Virus record (IMG/VR): IMGVR_UViG_3300032266_000637
Length of the DNA: 64,000 nucleotides
Strand: one strand, 5' to 3'
Origin: an uncultured virus (IMG/VR IMGVR_UViG_3300032266_000637)
Lineage: Duplodnaviria > Heunggongvirae > Uroviricota > Caudoviricetes
A program made the translations under genes and the position numbers. This document shows, one piece after another, positions 9,259-20,480 of the stretch. The notes under the pieces were generated by a model that ran no database searches, was not told where the DNA came from, and saw nothing but the letters and a program-made list of their open reading frames with translations. Every line of letters begins with the position of its first letter. Positions within the stretch are counted from its first letter, which is position 1.

Positions 9259-10338
9259 ATGGCGTATAGCGGCACATACAATCAGACTAAAGTTAATGTA
9301 GACGAATTAATTTCGTATGCGTACCGTGACGCAGGTAAAACATCGGAAGAGATGACACCCGAGTATGTACAAGCGGGTAAGCAAGCTTTGTTTTATATTC
9401 TTCAAAACTCTGCCAATCGTGGTATTAACATTTGGTTGCAAGAGATTGTAGTTCTTGGTGCTCAGACAAACCAGCAAGTACTTCCTATGCCAACCAATTG
9501 CGTTGACGTACTGGAAGCAAACTGGATATACATTGTCAACCCAACATTTTCAAGCACACTTCCAGTTTCAAACCCAAACGTATCACTCCTATTTGATCAA
9601 ACAACAAACGCAGATTTAAACCAGCACGTAGATTCTACATTAGGTGCTAATTATTTTGGTGCGGCTTACTCTCAAGCGACGAGGTTATTTTATGTTGGCT
9701 TTAATGCTTATGCTCCTAGTGGCACTGCTACTTACAATCTTGATTTTCAAGTAAGTTCTGATGGCATTACGTGGACAACATGGGAGTCATTCCCATCTGT
9801 CACGCTTGCTGATCGTCAGTGGCAGTATTATCCAATCAACACCACACAGGCGTTTAATTACTATCGCCTAAACAACCGCACCACTGGATCAATAATGTCA
9901 TTGCGTGCAATTCAGTTTGCCCAGTCACAGCAAGTCATTCCATTAGCTCGACTTAATCGTACTGATTACTTCTCTCTACCTAACAAGCAATTCCCAAGTC
10001 AACGCTCATTACAATATTGGTTTAATCGTCAGATTGATCCAGAAATGTATTTATGGCCAGTTCCTAATAATAACTTCCAAGCGTTTTCTTTAATTATTGA
10101 ATGTCAACCACAGGATGTTGGTTCGTTGACTAATCAGCTGTACATGCCTGATAGGGCTATTCCATATTTCCAAACAGCACTGTCTCACAAACTGGCAATG
10201 CAGTTACCTAGTGTGGATATGGCTCGAGTGGCGTACTTGGAAAAGTTAGCATTAGATGCTCGTACTCAATTTGAAGAAGAAGATCGTGACAAGTCGCCAA
10301 TTTACTTTCAACCTAATATAAGTTACTACACACGATGA
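9259..10338 (+). CDS. head completion/adaptor-like protein with inserted beta-sandwich
   Basis: NRGINIW...YWFNRQ..P.MYLWPVP pattern; position before tail tube genes. Confidence 0.55.
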   Translation: MAYSGTYNQTKVNVDELISYAYRDAGKTSEEMTPEYVQAGKQALFYILQNSANRGINIWLQEIVVLGAQTNQQVLPMPTNCVDVLEANWIYIVNPTFSSTLPVSNPNVSLLFDQTTNADLNQHVDSTLGANYFGAAYSQATRLFYVGFNAYAPSGTATYNLDFQVSSDGITWTTWESFPSVTLADRQWQYYPINTTQAFNYYRLNNRTTGSIMSLRAIQFAQSQQVIPLARLNRTDYFSLPNKQFPSQRSLQYWFNRQIDPEMYLWPVPNNNFQAFSLIIECQPQDVGSLTNQLYMPDRAIPYFQTALSHKLAMQLPSVDMARVAYLEKLALDARTQFEEEDRDKSPIYFQPNISYYTR

Positions 10339-10955
10339 GCGGCGCTTATGTAATGAACTATGACAACCTAATTTCTGACGTTCAGAAGTATATGGAACGT
10401 GATGACATTGGGTTTGTTGAGCAAATTCCAAGCCTTATTGGTTTGGCTGAGTCTGCCATTGCCGCAGAGTTAAAGACACTACTGCAGCTAACTGTAGTAG
10501 AGACAACACTAGCAGCCAATCAAGTTATATTAAATAAACCTGCCCGTTGGAGAAAAACTGTTTCTCTAAAGGTTAATGGTGCACCAATTGTAATGAGATC
10601 GCAAGATTACATTGCCATGTACCAATCAGAATCATCCCCCGGGACACCTAAGTTTTATGGTGAGTACGACTACAACAACTGGGCAATTGCACCAGCACCA
10701 AGCGCAAATGCAAGCGTTGAGATTATTTACTACAGTGAAATTCAGCCATTAGATACATCAAATCAAACTAATTTGTTTACCCGTGAGTGCCCACAGGCTA
10801 TGCTATTTGGAACACTATTACAGGCTCAGGGATATTTAAAAGCATTAGACAAATTGCCTGTTTGGAAATCATACTATACAGACTCAATTACTGCGCTCAA
10901 AAAAGAAGATAATAGCCGCCGTATTGATAGAAACACTACGGTACAGGAACCTTAA
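10335..10955 (+). CDS. head-tail adaptor protein
   Basis: IPSLIGLAE...GTPKFY...IAPAP...MLFGTLLQA pattern of podophage adaptors. Confidence 0.6.
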   Translation: MSGAYVMNYDNLISDVQKYMERDDIGFVEQIPSLIGLAESAIAAELKTLLQLTVVETTLAANQVILNKPARWRKTVSLKVNGAPIVMRSQDYIAMYQSESSPGTPKFYGEYDYNNWAIAPAPSANASVEIIYYSEIQPLDTSNQTNLFTRECPQAMLFGTLLQAQGYLKALDKLPVWKSYYTDSITALKKEDNSRRIDRNTTVQEP

Positions 10956-10958
10956 TAT

Positions 10959-12221
10959 ATGCCAACATTTACATCGCCGTTTACTGGCACCGTTGTACAG
11001 CCTACAGACGTATCATACTACGCACTTAATTTTAGTACTAATACTCAGCTTTATTGGCCTGCTGTTGTTAATCCAACACAAGTCCCTGCTGCCCGTATTA
11101 TGGACTGTGTTCCGTCTACAACAGGACTAACTGTAATATTACCGCAGGGTGATCAAGGCGCTGTTGGTACCGACATTTTAATTCGTAACAAAGGTTCTGT
11201 TAATTTTACTGTAACTGCCTTTGGTGGAACACAGTCCGTTACTGTGGCGTTTGGAACATCACGCTATTTTTACTTATCTAGTAACGGCACAACCGCTGGC
11301 ACCTGGCAAAATGTACAATTCGGTACTGGCACATCTGCCGCCGATGCAGCCTCTTTACAAGGTGCTGGACTAACAACTATTACCGGGCAACTAGCGGCAA
11401 CTAGCAACATTGTTCAAGTTTCTTCTACGCCAAGTATTACAGACAACAGCCGAGCTGCTACGTTTGTGTGGACTAGCGGTAACGGCACCTTTTCTTTACC
11501 GGTTGCATCTACACTATCAGGCGGCTGGTTCATTGGTTTTAGAAATAGTGGCTCTGGCAACCTTGCTATTACTCCAAACTCACCGTCTTTAATTAATGGT
11601 CTGTCAACCATTTCAACAAATCCTGGCGACTCTGGTTTTATTTTTTACCAGCAGTCCACAGGCAACTTTTTTACTGTAGGCTGGGCCGTTCCGTCAAACG
11701 TTACCTTTACATCGGCGTCTTATGATGTAGATAGTATTATTGGTGGCACCTTAAGTCTTATATCGAATGCCCCAATCATTCAGACATACGTAGCATTATC
11801 CAGCGCACGCACCACCAACCTATCTATTGTTTTACCGGCAATTACACAGATTTATGTTTTAGTAAACAACACAAGCTCTGGTGCATATAACTTATCGTTT
11901 AACGTAACAGGCGCAGTAACAGCCCCCGTTATATTGGCAGCAGGTCAAGTTGCTACCGTGCTTAGTGACGGCAATAAACTGTTCTCATTAACACAAACTA
12001 CCAGTGGCGTGTTCTTAGCTAATAATGGATCTCAGTCCGCACCATCACATTCATTTACTTTAGATACCCATACAGGTATGTATTTGGTTGGCACCAGCGT
12101 TTTAGGTTTGACAGCCAATTCAATTAAAATGCTAAACATTGATAATACCAACACAGCAAGCCCACAGATTTCAACACCGGCAACGTTTAACGCTGGGCTT
12201 ATCCCTGGCGGTACGTTTTAA
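10959..12221 (+). CDS. tail structural protein
   Basis: S/T/G-rich, GSQSAPSHSF..DTHTGMY fibre-type motif. Confidence 0.55.
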   Translation: MPTFTSPFTGTVVQPTDVSYYALNFSTNTQLYWPAVVNPTQVPAARIMDCVPSTTGLTVILPQGDQGAVGTDILIRNKGSVNFTVTAFGGTQSVTVAFGTSRYFYLSSNGTTAGTWQNVQFGTGTSAADAASLQGAGLTTITGQLAATSNIVQVSSTPSITDNSRAATFVWTSGNGTFSLPVASTLSGGWFIGFRNSGSGNLAITPNSPSLINGLSTISTNPGDSGFIFYQQSTGNFFTVGWAVPSNVTFTSASYDVDSIIGGTLSLISNAPIIQTYVALSSARTTNLSIVLPAITQIYVLVNNTSSGAYNLSFNVTGAVTAPVILAAGQVATVLSDGNKLFSLTQTTSGVFLANNGSQSAPSHSFTLDTHTGMYLVGTSVLGLTANSIKMLNIDNTNTASPQISTPATFNAGLIPGGTF

Positions 12222-14371
12222 TGGCTGATCAGGGCGCCTCACAGGAACAGTATAATCTAGTCTATACACTGGGTGTGCAATCTGGTATTAAACGTGATGG
12301 TACTAGGTTTGAGTCACGTGAATACCAAGATGGTGTATGGTGCCGATTTCAACGTGGCACGCCTAAAAAAATGGGCGGCTACCGTGAAATATTTTCTTCG
12401 TTTAGTGGAATTTTCCGTGGCATGATCTCTAACACCTATGACGGTGTTAATTATGTATTTGCAGGCACTGCAAATACACTAGATGTGTTTACGACAGGTA
12501 CAACAATTGCTGTTGGCTCTGGCCCATACCAAGTTACTTTTACTCCAGGGTATTCTGCCCTACCAATTTACTCAAATACAACAACTACGTTTACAATTCG
12601 TAGTTATGCCGCTACACCTAAAAGTTATGCCTCTGTTTATCCAGCGGGCACTAAAGTAATTTTTACACAATCTGGCACACCAACTGTTTATACAACCGTT
12701 GGAACACCCACGTTTTCAACTCCCGACACTACCATTACAGTCACTGGAACAATTGTTGGTTCACCGACAACTGTATGGATTAATAATTATAAGTTTACTC
12801 CAGATCAGCGTAACTTATGGCAGTTTGATTTACAATACAATCCATCTGGTGGTGCATTACAAGTTATAGCACACCCTGGGCTAAATTTATTAAATATAGA
12901 CAATGGTATTCCTACCCAAATTCAAGTTGGCAGTGTTCTTCCAAACGCTTCTGAAGAATGGACCTTTACGGGCCTTGCTGATACCGCAGGCCAGAACCCT
13001 ACTTATAAGCCTATTGTTGTGGATGGTGGTGTCTGCGTTTTGTATCCATATCTTTTTGTATATGGTACAAATGGTTTTATCGCAAACAATCACGTAGATT
13101 CTTCTCTAGCTAATTATTTTGCTAACAGTTTATCTGATTGGAATGGCGCAACAGCCAACCAAACTAATATGGCCTCTAGTAAAATTGTTAAAGGCGTTCC
13201 TGTTCGAGGCGGCACAAATTCGCCATCTGGATTATTTTGGGGAACAGATAGTTTAATTAGAGTTTCATTTACTGGAGCAGCCCCGTTGTATTGGCGCTAT
13301 GATATTGTTTCTAGCCAAATCTCTATTATGTCATCGTCTGCAGTTGTTGAGATGGATGGCACGTTCTACTGGATGGGTGTTGATAGGTTCTATCAATACA
13401 ATGGTCAAGTTTCGGTTTTAAAAAATGATAAAAACGTAAACTGGTTATTTGACAATATTAACTACCAGTACCGTCAAAAAGTATGGGCTACTAAGGTCCC
13501 ACGCTACAATGAGATTTGGTTTTTTTATCCACGCGGATCTGCTACAGAATGTACGGACGCCATTATCTATAATGTCAAAGATCAGATTTGGTATGACGCC
13601 GGTTCTGCAGAAGGCGCACAAAGATCTTGTGGATATACAACAGAAATTTTACCGTATCCACTTTGGGCTGACTGGAACTATAATGTTTCGTACAGCGGGT
13701 CTTTTACTATTATAAACAACCCAGCTAGTTTACCTGCCCCTAATACCAAACAGTTTTATGTAAGTGGAAATCAAACCGGAGTGTTTAGTCCTGGAGATTA
13801 TTTATCTTTCTCTACTGCAGCGCAGGCTACAACGTACAGAGTTACAACAAGCACCTTTACTTTTAACTCAACAATACAGCCGCTTTACCCAAATGGTGTT
13901 ACTTTAGTTACCAGTTCTACCGTGTTTAGTCCTTCAATACTTACAGGTGATTTAGTTTATAATATTATCGGAGGCTATGGAATTTGGCAGCAAGAGTACG
14001 GCCTAAACAAGGTAACGTTTGTGGATGAGCTTTCTATTTTATCTAGTTTTACCACATGCGATATTAGCTGGGTTGGTGGGACACCATCACAAGACGGAAA
14101 CTCTGGCGTAAATCGCCGTATGCACTTACGCCGTATTGAGCCAGATTTTGTTCAAGATGGTGAAATGACATTAACGGTTTTAGGTCGTAAATTTGCCAGG
14201 GGTGATGTTGAGGCATACACACTATTTCCTTTTGGTCCAGAGACTGGTAAAATTGACATGCGCGTTGAGCATCGTGAATTAACTTTACAGTTTAAATCAG
14301 ACACCCTTGATGGCAACTATGAAATGGGCCGCTTGTTAATTACTGCAGAGTATGGAGACGAGAGGCCATAA
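12221..14371 (+). CDS. tail hub/nozzle protein (P22 gp10 / T7 gp12-like position)
   Basis: 716 aa; WCRFQRGTPKKMGG, FYWMG.DRFY.Y.G, EIWFFYP motifs. Confidence 0.65.
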   Translation: MADQGASQEQYNLVYTLGVQSGIKRDGTRFESREYQDGVWCRFQRGTPKKMGGYREIFSSFSGIFRGMISNTYDGVNYVFAGTANTLDVFTTGTTIAVGSGPYQVTFTPGYSALPIYSNTTTTFTIRSYAATPKSYASVYPAGTKVIFTQSGTPTVYTTVGTPTFSTPDTTITVTGTIVGSPTTVWINNYKFTPDQRNLWQFDLQYNPSGGALQVIAHPGLNLLNIDNGIPTQIQVGSVLPNASEEWTFTGLADTAGQNPTYKPIVVDGGVCVLYPYLFVYGTNGFIANNHVDSSLANYFANSLSDWNGATANQTNMASSKIVKGVPVRGGTNSPSGLFWGTDSLIRVSFTGAAPLYWRYDIVSSQISIMSSSAVVEMDGTFYWMGVDRFYQYNGQVSVLKNDKNVNWLFDNINYQYRQKVWATKVPRYNEIWFFYPRGSATECTDAIIYNVKDQIWYDAGSAEGAQRSCGYTTEILPYPLWADWNYNVSYSGSFTIINNPASLPAPNTKQFYVSGNQTGVFSPGDYLSFSTAAQATTYRVTTSTFTFNSTIQPLYPNGVTLVTSSTVFSPSILTGDLVYNIIGGYGIWQQEYGLNKVTFVDELSILSSFTTCDISWVGGTPSQDGNSGVNRRMHLRRIEPDFVQDGEMTLTVLGRKFARGDVEAYTLFPFGPETGKIDMRVEHRELTLQFKSDTLDGNYEMGRLLITAEYGDERP

Positions 14372-14622
14372 TGGCATTTCAACAGTTTTTTCCATTTACC
14401 CCCAATAACATGAGCTGGGAAGATTGGAATGGTAACCTGATCATGTTCTATGGCCAGGAGCCCATTGCTTATCACACCGAAGAAAGTTGGCGTGAGACTG
14501 CCAGGGGTGTAGCCCAACTTACTACCTTTGAGGTATACCCAGTACCAAACCCAGATACCTATGAAAATTGGCAGGACTGGGCGCTAGATTTTACCGAGAT
14601 TATTAACGGTCCAAGCTTTTAA
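14371..14622 (+). CDS. hypothetical virion protein
   Basis: TAATG coupling; Trp-rich 83 aa. Confidence 0.55.
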   Translation: MAFQQFFPFTPNNMSWEDWNGNLIMFYGQEPIAYHTEESWRETARGVAQLTTFEVYPVPNPDTYENWQDWALDFTEIINGPSF

Positions 14623-14625
14623 TTG

Positions 14626-14658
14626 GGGCATTTTTACTCTAAAAATTGCATAAGTATA
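14626..14658 (+). promoter_or_regulatory. phage late promoter, variant GGGCA-N17-GCATAAGTATA
   Basis: Same 17-nt spacing; intergenic before ejection-protein operon. Confidence 0.7.
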
Positions 14659-14681
14659 TATAAGACAACCAATTTTTTACT

Positions 14682-17600
14682 ATGGCGCTAGAGACACTAA
14701 ACAATCGATACGGAATTCGCCATTTTGATGAAGGTGGGAGTACTGACACGCCTACTGGTACCGTCACGGTTACTGGTGCTCCTGCAAACATGCCTAATGA
14801 TCCTATTGCTGGATTGTATCAATCTACATTTAATCGTGCTCCAGACGCTGGTGGTTTGGCTTATTGGCAAAATGCGTTAAACACAGGCACACCCCTAGCA
14901 GACATTCAAAACGCTTTTAAAAGCTCACAAGAAGCACAGGCGTTGCCAGTAAAAAATACTACGACAAATAAGAACACATATGTTAATACCCTCGGTGGTA
15001 CTGGCGCCAACCTTGACAAAGATTTTGTAAACCCAAATCCAACTAATGTGGTACAGAATATTGCAGTTGAGCCAATGTATGGATCAACACCTGCACTTAC
15101 TGCTTGGTACCAAACAAATCTAGGTCGTGCACCTGATCTAGCAGGTTTAAATTATTGGAGTAAGGCCTTTGGGTCTTCATTAGATCCAAACGAAATTGCT
15201 CAATTGCAAGCAAGCCCAGAGTATAAAAATCGTCAGGCAATCACTGGATACTACGATACCGAAATAGGTCACGCCCCAGACAAGGTAGGATTAGATTACT
15301 GGACTGGATTGGCTGGCACAGGCACTTCATTAGCCGATATTCAAAAAAGTATTAGTGCAACGCCTGAAGGTCAAAAGTTTGACCTTAAGTCATTATACAC
15401 AAATGAACTAGGCAGAGATATAGATCCATTAGGATTAAAATACTGGCAGGATAAATTAGCCGGTGGTGCTTCTTTAGCAGATATTAAAAAAGAAATTAAT
15501 AACTCAAAAGAAGGAATTGTTGCACAAGATTATTTTAATTACACTGGTCGTAAACCCGATGCGGCAGGATCAAAATATTGGCAAGATCAGTTAGCCGCAG
15601 GTAAAACAAAAGATCAAATTGCACACGAAATTGCACTATCTAACGAAAGTGTTGCAGCAAACTCGGCAAGTGTAAAAGCTAATCTTGAAGCGGTGTTAGG
15701 TAAGGATGTTGTTGCTAGTATGACACCAGCTCAAATTGATGCCTACACAAGAATTATTTTAGATCCTACTCGCCAAGGAACAAACGGTTCACAATACGCT
15801 ACACAAGCAGACAACCTAAAAGAAGTATACAAACAAATTGCTTTAGATCCTATTTTAGGAGCTAAGTTAAAAGCGGCAGATCCTAATTTATATGCAAAGG
15901 TTACACCGTTAGAAAATATTACTGGCGCGTTTAACGGCGGTGCGTCAGGAACCCACGGCACAATGAAGGTGGGCGGTGTTGATGTCCCAATTTTAAGTGC
16001 CCAAGTGGCGGACAGTTTACTACAAGGAACTACTGGGACCAAAAATAATGTTGAAACTGGTACCGCCTTAGGATGGGCCGGTGGGGGTGTTAGTAGTAAA
16101 ATATCTAAGGGCGCAGACGCACTTGGTGTAGAGAAGGTTCAAGACGAAGATGGTAATCTTTATGGTTATAACGGGTTAAACGAAGCTGCCGACTTGCTTA
16201 AGATTGACAAGAGTCAATTTAAAGACAAATACGAACCCATATTAACTAAAGATGTAACAGATGCCAACGGCTATGTAGTATCAACAGCTGGCCAACCGGT
16301 TTATCAAAAAGATAGCGAAGGCAATACAATATACGGCGCTAACGGTCAGCCAGTGCCAGCGATGCGTACAATAACTGCAAATGATCAACTTTACGACGCC
16401 GTTAATGCTGCATCACAAGATTTGTATTTGTTTACGGGCGCAAACCTAGACCAAAACCTTTATAATGTAGGAACAAAAGGCAATCAATCATTTCAAACTA
16501 CTTTCTATCAAAAATCTGGCGACAAACTAATTCCTATTAGTAAACCACAAGCGCACGGTGGTATTGTAGCGAACTCTGATTTAGGTGGCGGCGATGAGTG
16601 GAAACAGCCACTTATGATGGCGGTTGCAATTGGTGCGGCGGCTTTTGCACCACAAATATCTGCGTACCTTGTAGGCACTATGGGCACTGTTGGTGCCGCT
16701 ATAGCAACTGGAGTTATAGTTGGTGCTGGTGTTGGTGCGGCAAACGCAACAATTTCCGGAACGAGTGTTGGACAAGCCTCTTTAAAAGGTGGTGCTGTTG
16801 GTGGTGTAACCGCTGGTGTAACTGCTGGTTTAGCACAAGGTTTAGATACAGCATTCCCCCCAACAATTGCCGCAGACGGAACAAAGGTAGCAAATTCTAT
16901 TTTCACTGGTGCCAGTGACATGATGAGTGGTGCAATCAGCCCAACAGGAGTGCAGTCAGTTGTTACGCAAACTTTAGCCCGCACCTTGGTGGGTGCCATT
17001 ACACCGGGTGCTAGTGGGGATAAGATTTTACAGCAGTTTGGTACTGCCTTAGTATCTTCTGGATTAAGTGTTGCGGCATCCGAACAAATTGTAAATCAAT
17101 TAAAAGATTCCGGATTTGACAAAGACAATATTGCTAAATTAGCTAGAACTGTACAACTTGCTGTTAACACTGGATCTACTGCCGCATTAAGCGGTAAGAG
17201 CAGCGATCAAATTTTAAATTCTATTATTACCGGAGTTATAGCTGGTGGCCCTAGTATTGCAAAGGTAACAGGTGAGCCTCCTAAGATTGAGCCAACTAAT
17301 CCGTTTGGAACTGAGAATGTTGGTATGACATCGGGTTCTGTTGATAAGGTATTGCAAAGCCAGATCATGGACGGGATTGCTAACAAGACAGACGATCCTA
17401 TTGCCTTTATGAATGCGGCAAAAAACTGGACTGGTGATGGTTCCAAAAATGTGGAATATGTTACCACTGCTATGGTCAAGCAAGGTATTTCAGCAGATCA
17501 AATTTCTAAAGATTTACAAGACTTGTATCGCATTCCAGCCGATAAAGCGGATGAGTATGCAAAGTACATGGTTACTAAAGTTGGTCCTACGGTTAAGCCA

Positions 17601-19565
17601 ACTCCTGTTACAACGACAACAACAACAACAACCACACCAGTAAATACTACTACTACAACACAACAGCCGACCAATACTGCTGTTACTCAAACTAACGCTC
17701 CAGTAACCAATACAACGCCCCCATCATCTGGCGGAACAACTACTCAACCACTAATTAGTGGGATGTCATACACACCCTCTGCGGCTTCACCAGGTAATCA
17801 GCTATTTAACCAAATGGCAAGCAGTACTGGCAATCAAAACCCAGTCAATTTAACCACTAGCGGTGCTGGCGGCAGTAACATGGCATTCTTAGGTCAAACA
17901 TTGCCTTATGCTCCAGCGGCTGTAGCTGCATCGGGTGTTGGTGGTTTTATCCCAACATTAGCCGAAGTGGGTTCTGCATTAGATCCTTTAGCTAGAGAAG
18001 CGGCTTTAGCTACTCGAGTTTTAGGTGGTGCTGGTTTAGCACTATATCCTTCTGAATTAGGTTCTGGCACCTTAACAAGAGATCAAATCGCCGCACAAGA
18101 TGCAATGAGCCGTTTGCCGCCTAGCGAAAGAACAACAGCTACCACTGGCACACAAGGTAAACCAACTGGTGTTGATAGTTTTAGCATTCCTAGCAGTGTG
18201 ACTACTCCCGTTGCTCCGCCACAGCCAATTCGTGGTGAAGCTGCAGAAGCCCCATCTGGCTTCTCTGGTGTGCCCGTGTTACCTTCACCGGGTACGGCTC
18301 CAGTGGGTGATGTGACTATTAACCCCGCTAATGAAGGGCAGATGTTTAATCCTAATGCTGTGCCTAGAGCAGATACATTTACTCCAAGGGGCGATAGCAT
18401 TACTGCTTCTCCAACATCACCAAAACCAGGTCAAGTGCCGTTGCCAATTACACCGTTAGTTCCTGGTGAAGGTACACAACCCGCTATCAAACCAGAGATT
18501 CAGCCAGCGGTTAAAATTGACACAGTTACTGACAATGTTGTAACACCGCAAACAAAAACTGAAGCTGTAGTAACACCACAAGTACAAACTGCTATTCAAA
18601 CAGTGGCAAGAACACAAGCTGAAGCGGTAGCATTGACGCAAGCTGTTCCAATGGTAGTTGAATTAATTAACACAGGTATTCCAAGAACGGTAGCTATTCC
18701 TCAAGTAGCAACAAAAGTCGGTGTTCCAGTTCAAGATTTGACCGCAGTTATTGATGTTGCTGTTCCAGATGTGAATGTAACTCCCACAACAGTAACACCA
18801 CCAACTGTAACTACACCAACACCTAAGACGTCAACACCCAAAACGCCAACTGCGCCGACTACAACGGTTGGTAAAACTGGTGTTATATCACCGTTCTTGT
18901 TACAGCAGTATGGTGGAATACAAGATCTATCACCCGGATTAACCGGAGGCGGAAACTATTCTTTATCAGGAATTCCAAGCACAAATACTAATATGAACCC
19001 GATGACCCCCAATTCCCCGTTACCGCAATTTGCTTCTACATCACCTCCCTCTCCATTAGAGCTTGGTGCACAACAGCAACCAAATGAGCCGATGCAGATG
19101 GCTACTGGTGGAAGTACTTCTGCTACTTCCAATGCATACAATCCGTATGATGTTAGCACTGGTATTAGCGGTTCGTTAACTCCAGGTTTAACTAAAGCTC
19201 GTTTGGATTATTTACTTACTGGGTTACCACAGAGTCACGCAGAAGGTGGTACAATCGGACACAACCCACAGTTTTTTAGTGAGGGTGGTTTGGGCTCTAT
19301 GAATAATACCTTTGTAAAAGGTAATGGAGACGGAACTAGTGATTCAGTACCCGCTATGTTGGCAAATGGGGAGTTTGTCATTCCAGCGGATATTGTATCT
19401 GGTTTGGGTAACGGCAGTAATGATGCGGGTGCACAAGTTTTACAAGAGTTTTTAAAAGTAATTAGAGAACATAAGCATTCTGCAAAGGCAAACAAACTGC
19501 CTCCTAAGAGTAAAGGCCCATTGGCTTATTTAACAAACGCAAAAAGAAAAGTGAAGGTGGCATAA
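14682..19565 (+). CDS. large internal virion/ejection protein with five DUF4214-like repeats
   Basis: Repeats of Y...lGRaPD.aGl.YW; central hydrophobic Gly/Ala stretch; C-terminal GDGTSDSVPAMLANGEFVIPAD. Confidence 0.65.
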   Translation: MALETLNNRYGIRHFDEGGSTDTPTGTVTVTGAPANMPNDPIAGLYQSTFNRAPDAGGLAYWQNALNTGTPLADIQNAFKSSQEAQALPVKNTTTNKNTYVNTLGGTGANLDKDFVNPNPTNVVQNIAVEPMYGSTPALTAWYQTNLGRAPDLAGLNYWSKAFGSSLDPNEIAQLQASPEYKNRQAITGYYDTEIGHAPDKVGLDYWTGLAGTGTSLADIQKSISATPEGQKFDLKSLYTNELGRDIDPLGLKYWQDKLAGGASLADIKKEINNSKEGIVAQDYFNYTGRKPDAAGSKYWQDQLAAGKTKDQIAHEIALSNESVAANSASVKANLEAVLGKDVVASMTPAQIDAYTRIILDPTRQGTNGSQYATQADNLKEVYKQIALDPILGAKLKAADPNLYAKVTPLENITGAFNGGASGTHGTMKVGGVDVPILSAQVADSLLQGTTGTKNNVETGTALGWAGGGVSSKISKGADALGVEKVQDEDGNLYGYNGLNEAADLLKIDKSQFKDKYEPILTKDVTDANGYVVSTAGQPVYQKDSEGNTIYGANGQPVPAMRTITANDQLYDAVNAASQDLYLFTGANLDQNLYNVGTKGNQSFQTTFYQKSGDKLIPISKPQAHGGIVANSDLGGGDEWKQPLMMAVAIGAAAFAPQISAYLVGTMGTVGAAIATGVIVGAGVGAANATISGTSVGQASLKGGAVGGVTAGVTAGLAQGLDTAFPPTIAADGTKVANSIFTGASDMMSGAISPTGVQSVVTQTLARTLVGAITPGASGDKILQQFGTALVSSGLSVAASEQIVNQLKDSGFDKDNIAKLARTVQLAVNTGSTAALSGKSSDQILNSIITGVIAGGPSIAKVTGEPPKIEPTNPFGTENVGMTSGSVDKVLQSQIMDGIANKTDDPIAFMNAAKNWTGDGSKNVEYVTTAMVKQGISADQISKDLQDLYRIPADKADEYAKYMVTKVGPTVKPTPVTTTTTTTTTPVNTTTTTQQPTNTAVTQTNAPVTNTTPPSSGGTTTQPLISGMSYTPSAASPGNQLFNQMASSTGNQNPVNLTTSGAGGSNMAFLGQTLPYAPAAVAASGVGGFIPTLAEVGSALDPLAREAALATRVLGGAGLALYPSELGSGTLTRDQIAAQDAMSRLPPSERTTATTGTQGKPTGVDSFSIPSSVTTPVAPPQPIRGEAAEAPSGFSGVPVLPSPGTAPVGDVTINPANEGQMFNPNAVPRADTFTPRGDSITASPTSPKPGQVPLPITPLVPGEGTQPAIKPEIQPAVKIDTVTDNVVTPQTKTEAVVTPQVQTAIQTVARTQAEAVALTQAVPMVVELINTGIPRTVAIPQVATKVGVPVQDLTAVIDVAVPDVNVTPTTVTPPTVTTPTPKTSTPKTPTAPTTTVGKTGVISPFLLQQYGGIQDLSPGLTGGGNYSLSGIPSTNTNMNPMTPNSPLPQFASTSPPSPLELGAQQQPNEPMQMATGGSTSATSNAYNPYDVSTGISGSLTPGLTKARLDYLLTGLPQSHAEGGTIGHNPQFFSEGGLGSMNNTFVKGNGDGTSDSVPAMLANGEFVIPADIVSGLGNGSNDAGAQVLQEFLKVIREHKHSAKANKLPPKSKGPLAYLTNAKRKVKVA

Positions 19566-20479
19566 TGGCCGGACTAAATAGTATGATTTCAAATACTGCG
19601 CAACAACAAACTACGCTACCAGCGTGGTTTGACACAGCGCAGCAAAATGTTGTTACACAGGCGGGTAATGCACTTACTGCGGCACCTGCGCCCGGTTCTA
19701 CCGTTGCTCAGAATGCGGTTAACGCTTTGGCTGGTCCAACAAATGATTTCACCCGAGCTACTGGCACACTACAAAACATTGCTACTGGTGCGGCTAATCC
19801 ATTTTATACTGATCCTACAACAGGGCAAGTAAGTCCCAATACCAACACAGCATTGGGCGGTTTGTTCCAAGCTCAAAACCAACAATTGCAACAAATAATG
19901 CCCCAGTATACGGCTCCTGTTCAAGGTGCTAATATTGCTAGTGGAAACTTTGGTAGTTTGCGTGGTCAAACAGCCTATAACAAAGCAATGGGCGATGCTC
20001 AAGCCAATTTATTTGCCCAGCAAAATCAAGCGGCATTGCAAAACCAATCTACTGGTACACAAGCTGCTATCGGTGCTGGCACAACGGCTCAAGAAAACAT
20101 TAATAATTTGCTTACCACGGGTCAATACCAGCAAGCCGCTCCGTTTACTAATGTGTCAAATTATGGTAAAGTTATTGGTGGTATTACAGCACCTACAACA
20201 GTATCTAACCAAACACAATTGTCTCCATTAAATCAATTTGCTGGCTTGGCTCAAGCTCTTGGCGGTACAACAGGAACTAACGGTATTTTAGGTTCATTAG
20301 GAATTGATAAAACATTACTCGGAATTGGTAAAAGTATTGGTGATTATGACTGGAGCAAGGTTTTTGGTGGTGGCGGTGGTATTTCATACGATACTAATGG
20401 TAGAGTTATTAACTCTACGGTTCCTACAGATTATGGTACAACCACTGGCGCAGATGCGGGTTATGGAGTAGGAGTATAA
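19565..20479 (+). CDS. putative DNA ejection/pilot protein
   Basis: Q/A/G-rich, GNFGSLRGQ motif, position in ejection cluster. Confidence 0.55.
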   Translation: MAGLNSMISNTAQQQTTLPAWFDTAQQNVVTQAGNALTAAPAPGSTVAQNAVNALAGPTNDFTRATGTLQNIATGAANPFYTDPTTGQVSPNTNTALGGLFQAQNQQLQQIMPQYTAPVQGANIASGNFGSLRGQTAYNKAMGDAQANLFAQQNQAALQNQSTGTQAAIGAGTTAQENINNLLTTGQYQQAAPFTNVSNYGKVIGGITAPTTVSNQTQLSPLNQFAGLAQALGGTTGTNGILGSLGIDKTLLGIGKSIGDYDWSKVFGGGGGISYDTNGRVINSTVPTDYGTTTGADAGYGVGV

Positions 20480-20480
20480 T

